64,000 bases of DNA, taken from an uncultured Fibrobacterota bacterium (GTDB lineage: Bacteria > Fibrobacterota > Chitinivibrionia > Chitinivibrionales > FEN-1185). The stretch covers positions 1 through 64,000 of the forward strand of contig CAVSQB010000013.1 of NCBI GenBank assembly GCA_963729895.1. Direction: 5' to 3'. Position numbers and translations under genes: made by a program. Position 1 is the first letter of the stretch; each line of letters starts with the position of its first letter. The notes under the pieces were generated by a model that was given only the letters and a program-made list of their open reading frames with translations, made no database searches and had not been told where the DNA came from. Positions 1-8,381 of this stretch are shown in pieces.

Positions 1-425
1 TTTACGAAAGCAAGGCATATCCGGAGAAGCTGCGACTGATACAGTATTACAACAAGGAGTTAAACAAGAACCTGGTCTTTCTGACGAACAATTTCACGTT
101 GTCGGCAACGACAATTGCTGCACTGTACAAGGGAAGATGGGAGATAGAAACATTTTTCAAGTGGATCAAGCAGCACTTGAAGATAAAGACGTTCTACGGG
201 ACCAGCGAAAACGCGGTAATGACACAGGTGTGGATAGCCATGATCTTGTATCTCCTGTTGTCGTTTATAAAATTCCAAGCACGGTATGCCTTCACCATGC
301 TGGAATTACTGCGGGTTATCCGAGAAAGGCTGCTTGGTTTTGAAAGCTTGATTGAATTACTACGGGTCAATTACGAGCGGTTACGTTCTTTGCGCTCCGC
401 TCCAGTGCAATTATCATTCTATTAG
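1..425 (+). CDS. IS4-family DDE transposase, C-terminal part (5' end outside window)
   Basis: Frame open from base 1; YKGRWEIETFFKWIKQHLKIKTFYGTSENAV contains the IS4 Y-(2)-R-(3)-E signature. Confidence 0.9.
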   Translation, partial: YESKAYPEKLRLIQYYNKELNKNLVFLTNNFTLSATTIAALYKGRWEIETFFKWIKQHLKIKTFYGTSENAVMTQVWIAMILYLLLSFIKFQARYAFTMLELLRVIRERLLGFESLIELLRVNYERLRSLRSAPVQLSFY

Positions 426-458
426 CCATTGGTCAAGAGGTTTAGCCGGACAGGGCTG
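1..458 (+). mobile_element. IS4-family element, right end
   Basis: Terminal IR-like TTTAGCCGGACAGGGCTG at 441-458, where the integrase frame breaks; other end is outside the window. Confidence 0.75.
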
Positions 459-875
459 ATATCGGTTATACGTTGAATCGCTTATTGGCCTGCCGTATCT
501 GTGCGAACTGTCGCGCCGAATCAATCTGAGGTATTTATCAAATTTATCGGCAAGTTCATTGATAGGTACGGCTCCCAGGTCATTTCTGAGATTGTCGAAA
601 ATGTACTTTATTTTCTCAAATTGAGATAGAAAGGATTTTTTTCTTTCAAGATAGAATTCTATAATGTCTGCAAAAGTATGTACCGTATTTCCCGTGGCTG
701 TCAAAGAGCCTGATTTATCGGCTGTCTCTCGCAATTCTTCCTTTAATGCGTGGTATCGACGTTCCGCATTTTTCCGGCATCCAGCGAATGTTTCCCGCTG
801 CCGGTATTGCCTGCCGTCCTTAAACACCCTGGCATCAAGAAAGAACTGGTCCGCGCCGATCTGCTTTATACTCAT
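459..875 (-). pseudogene. Tyrosine integrase N-terminal part (arm- and core-binding domains), truncated by IS4
   Basis: TFADIIEFYL...DLGAVPINEL...ISDSTYNRY resembles a phage integrase core-binding domain; the tail QPCPAK... is read from the IS4 IR; lies next to an xis-like gene. Confidence 0.75.
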
Positions 876-943
876 GAGGAAATCCTTTCCCCACGAGTAT
901 CAACACACGCATATAATATACTACCAAGACACATAAAACGCTT

Positions 944-1240
944 CTATTTCCCTTTTGTCTCTGGGGAAAGCAATTGCCCGGATAAAAGCCGCTTGTTCAA
1001 TTCTATCGAAGGATAGCGCCAATGGTAGCCGCATTTCACGGAAGGGATACGCTTCTGCCATGTCCACTTGTGCACGGCCTGTACGCTCACCGATAGCTTG
1101 CGGGCAACCTGGGCCGCAGTCAAATATTCAGGCTCCCCCGCTTCCTTTGTCTCCGGTCCAGCCGGTTCATCCTCACATGAGTACGCTTCGTTGCCGCCGT
1201 CCCTGTCGTGGCGCGCCGCCGTTGTCGTCGTTTCGTTCAT
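944..1240 (-). CDS. Excisionase-like HTH DNA-binding protein (HTH_17/MerR-like)
   Basis: YLTAAQVARKLSVSVQAVHKW...IPSVKCGYHWRY pattern; directly upstream of the integrase. Confidence 0.8.
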   Translation of the reverse strand: MNETTTTAARHDRDGGNEAYSCEDEPAGPETKEAGEPEYLTAAQVARKLSVSVQAVHKWTWQKRIPSVKCGYHWRYPSIELNKRLLSGQLLSPETKGK

Positions 1241-1309
1241 AAAATTACCCCCTTTTAAGAAATTCTAAAACTGCCTTTTCTGCTTGATTTTCGACAATAT
1301 TTTTTGTTA

Positions 1310-1338
1310 AGGTTACATAATATGAAATTATGCGTCAT
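1310..1338 (-). other. dif/Xer-like recombination site (7-bp spacer)
   Basis: Minus strand ATGACGCATAA-TTTCATA-TTATGTAACCT compared with E. coli dif GGTGCGCATAA-TGTATA-TTATGTTAAAT. Confidence 0.5.
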
Positions 1339-1492
1339 GTTAAGTTGACCTTTTAAGCCTCCTTCGGCCATCAAACCACAGTTTATAAGTTCATGCTTTT
1401 CAGTATTTCCACTTATAGCCTTTTGCCTTTGCAGCAGATTACATATTTTTCTGGAAGAATCTAAAGCCTTATTAAATGCCGAAAGATAGCCA

Positions 1493-3135
1493 CCTGATTC
1501 CGTGAGATAAGGTTATTAAAAACAAATTGACGGCGTTGACAAGAACGAATATGGTTGCTAAGGCTTCTTGATAAGTTGTTGCCGGGGTGATTCCACTATG
1601 ATTTGCGCTTCTGACCCCATGGTTGACAAATACACTCAACGTGTCGGTGGCGACGTTTGTTTGGTTACGGGTCTATTTCCGTTTATTGCTCTCCTTAGGT
1701 CAGCCATCCGTGGCGAACGCCAGATACGTTTGCGTCCACGCTATGCGGAGTTGATTCCGCCGCGACAGGGCAAGCATCAACCGGCGGGCATGCGTTATCA
1801 CGCGTGCTGCTATGTACATAAGATCCTGAATGACCTTCCGCAATCTCCGGCGTGCAACTTTCTTACGCGGCACGTACCCCTTGTCGATTCCAACTTGGCC
1901 GCAGAGCCGCAGCATGTTGAACGCAAGAACCGCCAACGTCAACACCAATGCGTTGGTCGTGAACTTCCCGCTGGGAAGCCGCTCCAGCGCCATATCACTC
2001 TTCAGCTCCGAGTGAAACTGCTCGCTGGTGCCATGATCCCGGTACGCTGCAATAACGTCGTCCGGGCCGGCGTTGCGTCTGCTCAGGCTCGTCCACCACG
2101 TGTGAACCTCTACATCCGGCAGCAGCAAGGCGTTTCCGTCGCGGTCGATTGTCCGTTCGATCACCTCGAACACAACGCGCATGTTTTCGCCGTTTCTTTC
2201 CCGTATTGTCTCACCAACGTACACGGTCTTGCCTTCACGAGGATGACGCCAGTCACCGAGCGCTTGAGCATCCACGAGCCATTCGTCAATAGATTCCCTG
2301 CGTATGTTCCGTTTGATTATGTAATCGACCTTTTCCTTGCGGCAGACTCGCATGTTTTCAATATCGTCATGTCCGGCATCAAGACGCACAAGGATCGAAC
2401 GATCCGTTATTTTTCGAGCAAGGGCTATGGTCTTGCGCAGAAACTCCGGAGTTCCTTCCTGGCAATGTTGTTTCCCTTCGCGCAACTCCGCGTTCAGCAG
2501 GTAGCCTTCCACGCCTATGTAGGCAAGCATCGGAGAATATCCCTCGAACAACTTGTACGTGCAGCTTACGCCTTCCTTATGAGAACCACTGTTGTCAAAA
2601 GGAGATACGTCAGCGTCAATCGGAATATACGGTCCAAAGCAGGCGGTGAGCCGTGGCGCTGCTTTTTTCAACAGGGACGCCGAAGCGGAAAGGACTGCGT
2701 TTTGAACGGTCAGGCCCGTTTCGTCCATTCGCTGCCGCAGTGTAGCCTCGGAAGGAACCGCTTTCAATCCAAGCATCTCCTGAAAATAGTCGTCTTCACG
2801 AAACTGCTCGACCCCGTCAAAGTCTGGTTTGGCAAGACACAAAAGCCCCGTCATGGTCAGCAGCGCGTCCGCGGTGCTTATACTCCCGCTCTTCTTGTCC
2901 GGAGTAACCTGCGAAACACGCTCGCGCAAACCGGATCGCTCCGCAAGCATCCCGATCATTGCCATTCCACCATGGCTGGTCAGAAACTCGTCCGTCTCCG
3001 TGATTATCAACTTTCTCGGCTTTGGCATGACACCTTCCGGGTGAATAATGTGAACTGCCATTTAGTCAAGCACCATTCACCCTTAATCTACACGAAAAAT
3101 CATCAAAATGCCAAAGTTTTTCTCACGGATTTAGG
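1493..3135 (-). mobile_element. IS1380-family insertion sequence
   Basis: 15-bp IRs CCTGATTCCGTGAGA / CCTAAATCCGTGAGA; TAGCCA duplicated at 1487-1492 and 3136-3141. Confidence 0.9.
1700..3028 (-). CDS. IS1380-family transposase
   Basis: LTSHGG, PSEATLRQR, IDAD, RLDAG and YRDHGTSEQFHSELK motifs; RBS GGAAGG before ATG 3028 (alternative start 3061). Confidence 0.9.
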   Translation of the reverse strand: MPKPRKLIITETDEFLTSHGGMAMIGMLAERSGLRERVSQVTPDKKSGSISTADALLTMTGLLCLAKPDFDGVEQFREDDYFQEMLGLKAVPSEATLRQRMDETGLTVQNAVLSASASLLKKAAPRLTACFGPYIPIDADVSPFDNSGSHKEGVSCTYKLFEGYSPMLAYIGVEGYLLNAELREGKQHCQEGTPEFLRKTIALARKITDRSILVRLDAGHDDIENMRVCRKEKVDYIIKRNIRRESIDEWLVDAQALGDWRHPREGKTVYVGETIRERNGENMRVVFEVIERTIDRDGNALLLPDVEVHTWWTSLSRRNAGPDDVIAAYRDHGTSEQFHSELKSDMALERLPSGKFTTNALVLTLAVLAFNMLRLCGQVGIDKGYVPRKKVARRRLRKVIQDLMYIAARVITHARRLMLALSRRNQLRIAWTQTYLAFATDG

Positions 3136-3200
3136 TAGCCAATTATCAAACAAAGTATCGTTCCAAGCAACCCGCTGAATTCTGGGAAGGAAGGAATTCT

Positions 3201-3632
3201 ATGTGCTGTACTTCCGCTGCCTTCTTTGTAGGTGCAAATTCCAGTGGCATTGTCTCCGTGTGCGCTGCCCTTCTGGGTGCAGTTGTTGGAGGTTGCATTT
3301 CCTACCTTAATGTGAATAGAATGGCCGTTGCGAACGCTCGGCAGACCGCGATTGCCGAATTTCATGCTGTCTTCGCAAATACAACCGCGGCATACGACAT
3401 GGTTCCTAAACATCAATTGGGAGAGTGTCAACTGATATTTAAGAATGATCTTCCCAAACAGGCGTCTGCTATTGAGAATTTTAGACGTTTTGTTGCTCCG
3501 CACAAACGAGAGGCTTATCAAGCAGCGTGGGACAAATATTACAGAACCGCCGTCACATCCTGTTTCGCAATGGAAAACAGTAATGAATTCAAGGAACAAA
3601 CTGCTGGTATACTCAAGTTCGCGGAAAAATAG
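3201..3632 (+). CDS. Hypothetical protein with N-terminal hydrophobic segment
   Basis: 143-aa ORF with GGAAGG RBS; TM-like IVSVCAALLGAVVGGCISYL; opposite orientation to the element core. Confidence 0.6.
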   Translation: MCCTSAAFFVGANSSGIVSVCAALLGAVVGGCISYLNVNRMAVANARQTAIAEFHAVFANTTAAYDMVPKHQLGECQLIFKNDLPKQASAIENFRRFVAPHKREAYQAAWDKYYRTAVTSCFAMENSNEFKEQTAGILKFAEK

Positions 3633-3671
3633 ATTCATCTTGATCTTTTCCTTTTTGCATGCCATTCTCCC

Positions 3672-4610
3672 TCAATGCGCCATGAGATAGCAAACCCCGT
3701 GGCAATGGATTTCCAGCGCCGTCAATGCCCGGACCGACGCTTGAAGCGTGTAGTTCGTCGTTGTCACGTCGTCAAGCACAAAGACAACCTTCCCGATCCA
3801 TTTCTCCACGCCGGGCAATACGGCAATGTCCGGGTGAGCCGCAAACCGTCCCCGGCTCTTCTTGTCCCAGGCCGCGAACATAAGCACATACTCGAAGCCG
3901 AAATGTCCCGCGACTAATTGACAAACGAAGTCCATGACATGCGGTTTCTCTTGATTCCGAATTGAGCAGGGAGCCATCGTAATGGCGTGGATCGTGCCGA
4001 AGCGGTTATTCGATTCAAAGAAATGGATGAAAGAAGGCGCAATGCGTTCGGCCAGGGCTTCAGGCCGTTCAGCTTTATCGACTATGAACTGCGCCCACTC
4101 TTCGGGCGGAAGATACCGCTTGAGCCGCAAGGCGTAGCTACCAAGGGAAACGCGCCGGATAGAAAACGGGCCTTTACCGATCTGCTTTTCTTCCTGCTCG
4201 CCTTCCGCGTCTTCCGGTTCGTTGTCAGGTTTGTCCGTCTCTCCGGGAAAGAAAAGGCTCGGGCGGATGATCTTTACCGGCTTGTTTGCTTTGACGGCCC
4301 GCTTGATGGAATCCCAGCTTCCACCGTGATCCTTTTCAGTAAACGCCACGAGCATGTCACAGCCATCTACGATGCGTTGATTGCGTTCGTAGTATCGTTG
4401 CGTGTATTCGTGCTTCTCCGTGCATCCGGTGAGGTCTGGAAGGCATTCCTGCACGTCCAGGCCACATCTGCGGGCATGTTCCGCCGCCGCTCCATCAACG
4501 CCGCGAGCGCCGCCTGAAATGACCGTCACACCCTTGGGAAGGTCATTAATAAACCACTGGACCATTTTCAATTGGGGAAATTCCCGACTTCCGACAACCG
4601 CGACTTTCAT
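3672..4610 (-). CDS. SLOG (DprA/YspA-like) domain fused to a type I PRTase (ComF-like) domain
   Basis: N-terminal VAVVGSR, ISGGARGVD, RNQRIV, GGSWDSI (SLOG); acidic linker; C-terminal VFVLDDVTTTNYT (PRPP-binding loop). Confidence 0.8.
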   Translation of the reverse strand: MKVAVVGSREFPQLKMVQWFINDLPKGVTVISGGARGVDGAAAEHARRCGLDVQECLPDLTGCTEKHEYTQRYYERNQRIVDGCDMLVAFTEKDHGGSWDSIKRAVKANKPVKIIRPSLFFPGETDKPDNEPEDAEGEQEEKQIGKGPFSIRRVSLGSYALRLKRYLPPEEWAQFIVDKAERPEALAERIAPSFIHFFESNNRFGTIHAITMAPCSIRNQEKPHVMDFVCQLVAGHFGFEYVLMFAAWDKKSRGRFAAHPDIAVLPGVEKWIGKVVFVLDDVTTTNYTLQASVRALTALEIHCHGVCYLMAH

Positions 4611-4626
4611 AAAACCGCCTTGCTGT

Positions 4627-5574
4627 TTAATCGAACACTATACGAATAGACTCAAGGTCCTTTTGATTGGCCTGGTGGTTCTTGAGTTCTTCCCTTGCCT
4701 GATTCCAAAGGAATTCGGTGGCTTCGTCATGCCTGTCCATTTCATCAAGCATTCCGATATAGGCGCTGTCCCTGGCTTCCTTTGCCTTCGCTTCCGCTAT
4801 CTCGACAATGGATTTTTGGTCAATCGAATTTCTTTCTTCGTCGATATTGAGGGTGAGCCGTTCAAAAAGCGCCTTTTCTTCGGCTTCGCGCTCTTCAATC
4901 TTGAATTCAACCACCATTTTCTTCAGGTAATCGTTGAATTCCGCGACCGTGTTCTCGTTCATTCTTTTTGTTTCGAGAAGCTTTTCTTCCACGTCACGAA
5001 AGATGATGGAATGACCGTCGAAATATTTCTCCTGGATTGCGATTACTATCCCGTCAAATATGAAGAATTCGCCGATTAGAAGAAGGGTTTTGCACCTCCA
5101 GCTAAGAAGCGCCGGGAAGGCAAATCCGTAGTAGTGCTCGGACACCTCACCGTCTCTGATCTTTGCGCCTTCAAGAGCCAAAGCATCCTGAAGCATGATG
5201 GCTTTCAACCTTGACGCTTGGAGAGAAGCCCCCAGCTTCCAAATCTCCGCGTTTTGCTTCATTTTTCGGTTGGTTCGAATAATCAGTGATTTCAATGCTT
5301 GATACTCCGCCCGCAGTTTCCGGGCAATTCGATATTTCATACGTATGTCTTCCGGTTTGTGTCCCGGATGCTGTTCTTCCGCCTGTTTGTTCAGGGCAAA
5401 GAAGGGCTTCGCGAATGGCGGTTCGTCGCTAGTCCGATAGTTCAAGAACGAATAAAGAAATTCGTCTTCGGACGGATACTTCCGTATTTCGTCCGCAAGC
5501 TTTATGGCCCACTCCTTCGGGGTAAGTTTAGTTTCCACATTGTCAATGCGTTTTAAAAATGAGCTTGTTATCAT
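4627..5574 (-). CDS. Hypothetical helical protein
   Basis: 315-aa ORF coupled to the upstream gene (1-bp overlap at 5574); no recognisable motif. Confidence 0.75.
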   Translation of the reverse strand: MITSSFLKRIDNVETKLTPKEWAIKLADEIRKYPSEDEFLYSFLNYRTSDEPPFAKPFFALNKQAEEQHPGHKPEDIRMKYRIARKLRAEYQALKSLIIRTNRKMKQNAEIWKLGASLQASRLKAIMLQDALALEGAKIRDGEVSEHYYGFAFPALLSWRCKTLLLIGEFFIFDGIVIAIQEKYFDGHSIIFRDVEEKLLETKRMNENTVAEFNDYLKKMVVEFKIEEREAEEKALFERLTLNIDEERNSIDQKSIVEIAEAKAKEARDSAYIGMLDEMDRHDEATEFLWNQAREELKNHQANQKDLESIRIVFD

Positions 5575-5996
5575 TAGTCAAGTCCTTGTATAGTAAGCTC
5601 CGATGTCGGTCTGTTCGTTTTTACAGCCGCTTCGATTGCTTCAATGCGTTTCTCGATGTCGCTTTGTTCTACGGCCTTGATAATCACGTTTGCAAGATAT
5701 CCGACTGCGTTGGCGACCCGTGGGTCGATTTCGCCTTTCCTGACTTGGTTAATGGTTTCCGACAGAAGCGGAACGGTGTCTTGACAATTTTGAATCTTCA
5801 CGTCCGGCGTGTCTTCGTCAAGCGTCTTCATGTGGTTGTGCCGCCCGCCCAAGGATTGCGCTTCCCGCCTTCGTTCCGCCTTCGCGGGGTCGTGGAAGAA
5901 ACAGTACTCCGATCCCGGCAGTGCGGCTGCCTGGCAATCCGAGCCGTCCGGTTTCTTGGCCTTACAGGGGGTCTTGTCGGTTCGCTGATTTTCCAT
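5574..5996 (-). CDS. Small C3H zinc-finger protein typical of integrative elements (DUF5763/HGGxSTG-like)
   Basis: CKAKKPDGSDC...YCFFHDP motif and helical tail GEIDPRVANAVGYLANVIIKAVE. Confidence 0.65.
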   Translation of the reverse strand: MENQRTDKTPCKAKKPDGSDCQAAALPGSEYCFFHDPAKAERRREAQSLGGRHNHMKTLDEDTPDVKIQNCQDTVPLLSETINQVRKGEIDPRVANAVGYLANVIIKAVEQSDIEKRIEAIEAAVKTNRPTSELTIQGLD

Positions 5997-6058
5997 TTCT
6001 TGCCTACTCTAGTTACTTAACAAGGCCGGGGTGTATGCCGTCCAAGGTCCGCACGGTT

Positions 6059-6155
6059 TTCCTGTTTTCCAGTTCACCAACAAACTGACTGGTTTTTTGG
6101 AAAGCAAAAAACCGGAGAACTAGGAAAAACAGGTTCTTCTTCCTGTTTTCCAGTT
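6059..6155. repeat. Iteron-like repeats, candidate replication origin
   Basis: TTCCTGTTTTCCAGTT at 6059-6074 and 6140-6155, with an imperfect inverted copy at 6118-6133, just downstream of the primase-helicase. Confidence 0.5.
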
Positions 6156-6196
6156 TTCCGTTTACTATAAGGGCACACACATCACTACTTAACGAA

Positions 6197-8062
6197 TTAA
6201 GCTGTCCGATAGTATGTTGCATTCTTTGCCCCCTTTTCTGTTGTCACGGTTCCAGAACTTTCCAATCGTTGCAAGGAGTTCGTCGTTCTCTGTCTGCTTA
6301 TCTTCATCGCTGCCGTCTTGGCTATTACAACAGTTTGGTTGATCCGCCCGGTTTCCCTGATAACCTTCAACACAGTTTCGTCATCCTGGCCGGTGGTCGT
6401 TCCGTGTCTGCATGGCTCCTTTAGCGGCACGCTGTCAAGCATCGGATCAACCTTGTGAAGCGGGTATTCCCATTGAAGAGACAGGGGCTTTTGTGGCTTG
6501 AAATCCCGGAGCGCAAATTCCATACGGTATGCCTCGTTCGCTTCTAATGCCGTAAGTGTGCAGATTGCGTCCGCGTCACGCATTGGAGCCCCGCTGCCCA
6601 CTATGCGGTCGATTGCTTCCTTGCCGGTTGCAGAACCCTTTGCAAAGTGGGTGACAGTTACCGGGGAAATACCATTCCGAGAAAAATGCCGATCAATGAA
6701 CCCATAGAGGTAGGCCATATCCGCCGAACTGTTCTCTGAAAAACTTGACCGTTGAGAGGATCGCAACAGCTTATACTGTGGGTCAATTATGGCGGCTGAA
6801 ATGTTTTTCCCGTCAATTGCCGATGCAATAGCCGGGAACAACTCTTCGATGTCCATTCCGTATCCGCGTAAATGATGATACGCGATATTCGCGGGCATAG
6901 GCCATTGCAAAGCATCGGCGATTGCCTTGACTCGATGCATGTATGATCCGTCGTCCAGCTCGAAATTGACGATGTAGACGTTCCCTTGTTTGCAGGGGAT
7001 TCCGGGAAACCACTCGCGGCCCAAGGCTATTGCAAGGGCAAGGCGAATTGCAAGAAAACTCTTGAACGCTTTCGATGGCGCGCCGATAAGCAGCTTGTGG
7101 GACTGCCGGAGAATCCCGCCGATAAGTTCGGGCTTTAGGTTTGGAATACCATTTTGGATATAGTGCGCGCCCCACACTATTTCCGGTAGGCTGCATGCTT
7201 CTTCCTGTTCTTGATTAGCCGTGGGCCTTTGATTGTCCGTCAAACCCCTTGCATAGCCGTCCCTTGCTGCTTCACTGGCTTCTCGTGGATCAAGGCCGCA
7301 CAATTGCGCGCCGCATTCGAGTAATTTCCGGGAAACCCCTTCTTGAATTCGTTTTTGTCCCATTTCCCGCGCTGCCGCGTAAAGGGCATTATGCCTGCCT
7401 CCCGGTTCAACGAATCCGAGAAGACAATCAAGCGTTGCATTTGTTAAACTTATCGGTATTTTCTGGGGAAGGGTTGCAACTGCCTTCTCCCACGATCCGC
7501 TTATGAAGGTATCCCCTCTTGTTTGCGGGTTAGGATCGTTAGGAAGCCAAAACTGTGTAAGTTTTTCAGTCTTTGGGAATAGCTCAATCCGGCCAGTCCT
7601 ATTGAAACCCCATGAGCGGATTATATTCAAGAAGTTTAGAATGTCCATCGACTGATTCAACAGATAAACAGCCCGAATGCCTCGGCCACTCTTGCTATGA
7701 AATAGAACAGGCTCCGATTGAAGAAAGCGCGCCGTTTTCGCTTGCAAATGGACATTCGATTGCTGTCCCTCGTGGGCATCATGGTCCAGGGCAAAATATG
7801 ACACCTTCCCGCCTTGATGCGGCACGATACCAAGACGTGTCGGATGTTCAAGGGTAAACGTTTTATTGGCCTTGTTTCGAGTTACGAAGGAAATGCCCGG
7901 CAGGGTGCCGCGATTCCAGCATTCTATCGCCCTTTTGCATTCCTCTCTTCCGTAAAGCCAGCCAAATACTAAATCGGAATTTTGCAGACAGACATTTCTT
8001 TCCTCAGACCAAGGAAGGAGTTTTTCGGCAAGCTGTAAACGGTCCATATCTAGTCCTGGCAT
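6197..8062 (-). CDS. Primase-helicase replication protein (AEP-like primase, PriCT-like region, AAA_25/RepA-like helicase, wHTH)
   Basis: LDHD, SKSGRGI and IELFPK AEP-like motifs; GGRHNALY; Walker A-like GAPSKAFKS, NFELD, IIDP, THFAKG, GSGA...DAD. Confidence 0.8.
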   Translation of the reverse strand: MPGLDMDRLQLAEKLLPWSEERNVCLQNSDLVFGWLYGREECKRAIECWNRGTLPGISFVTRNKANKTFTLEHPTRLGIVPHQGGKVSYFALDHDAHEGQQSNVHLQAKTARFLQSEPVLFHSKSGRGIRAVYLLNQSMDILNFLNIIRSWGFNRTGRIELFPKTEKLTQFWLPNDPNPQTRGDTFISGSWEKAVATLPQKIPISLTNATLDCLLGFVEPGGRHNALYAAAREMGQKRIQEGVSRKLLECGAQLCGLDPREASEAARDGYARGLTDNQRPTANQEQEEACSLPEIVWGAHYIQNGIPNLKPELIGGILRQSHKLLIGAPSKAFKSFLAIRLALAIALGREWFPGIPCKQGNVYIVNFELDDGSYMHRVKAIADALQWPMPANIAYHHLRGYGMDIEELFPAIASAIDGKNISAAIIDPQYKLLRSSQRSSFSENSSADMAYLYGFIDRHFSRNGISPVTVTHFAKGSATGKEAIDRIVGSGAPMRDADAICTLTALEANEAYRMEFALRDFKPQKPLSLQWEYPLHKVDPMLDSVPLKEPCRHGTTTGQDDETVLKVIRETGRINQTVVIAKTAAMKISRQRTTNSLQRLESSGTVTTEKGAKNATYYRTA

Positions 8063-8271
8063 CCTACAATAGCCGCTAATTTTGAGGCTTCCGCATTGCT
8101 CATTGCTTTTTCAAGGATGCGTCTTTCCTCACTTGTTAATACAATAAACCCATTCAGCTTTGAAGACGCCACTCCCGGCGCAACGCCTATGGCGTTTCCT
8201 ACTTCGCGGTTGGTCCATCCAATTTGCCGCTTGCGTTCAAGCAGGTCTGCCTGTTTTTCGAATATCATCAT
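8050..8271 (-). CDS. Cro/XRE-like HTH protein
   Basis: RKRQIGWTNREVGNAIGVAPGVASSKLNG HTH; RBS AAGGTGG before ATG 8271; overlaps the primase start. Confidence 0.7.
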   Translation of the reverse strand: MMIFEKQADLLERKRQIGWTNREVGNAIGVAPGVASSKLNGFIVLTSEERRILEKAMSNAEASKLAAIVGCQD

Positions 8272-8300
8272 TTCCACCTTTTCCAATTGTGCAACTACAA

Positions 8301-8338
8301 ACAAAAAACCCGCATTGCTTTGGGTAAACAATGCGGGT
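8301..8338 (-). terminator. Intrinsic terminator upstream of the cro-primase operon
   Basis: 10-bp stem ACCCGCATTG/CAATGCGGGT followed by a T-run on the minus strand. Confidence 0.7.
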
Positions 8339-8381
8339 ATCAGATACCGCCCTTATTAAAAAATGTCGGTTTTAAGCAGAA

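Noticed and set aside
1568..3178. 536-aa plus-strand ORF
   Set aside because: Antisense shadow of the IS1380 transposase; no motifs, and it crosses the IS end
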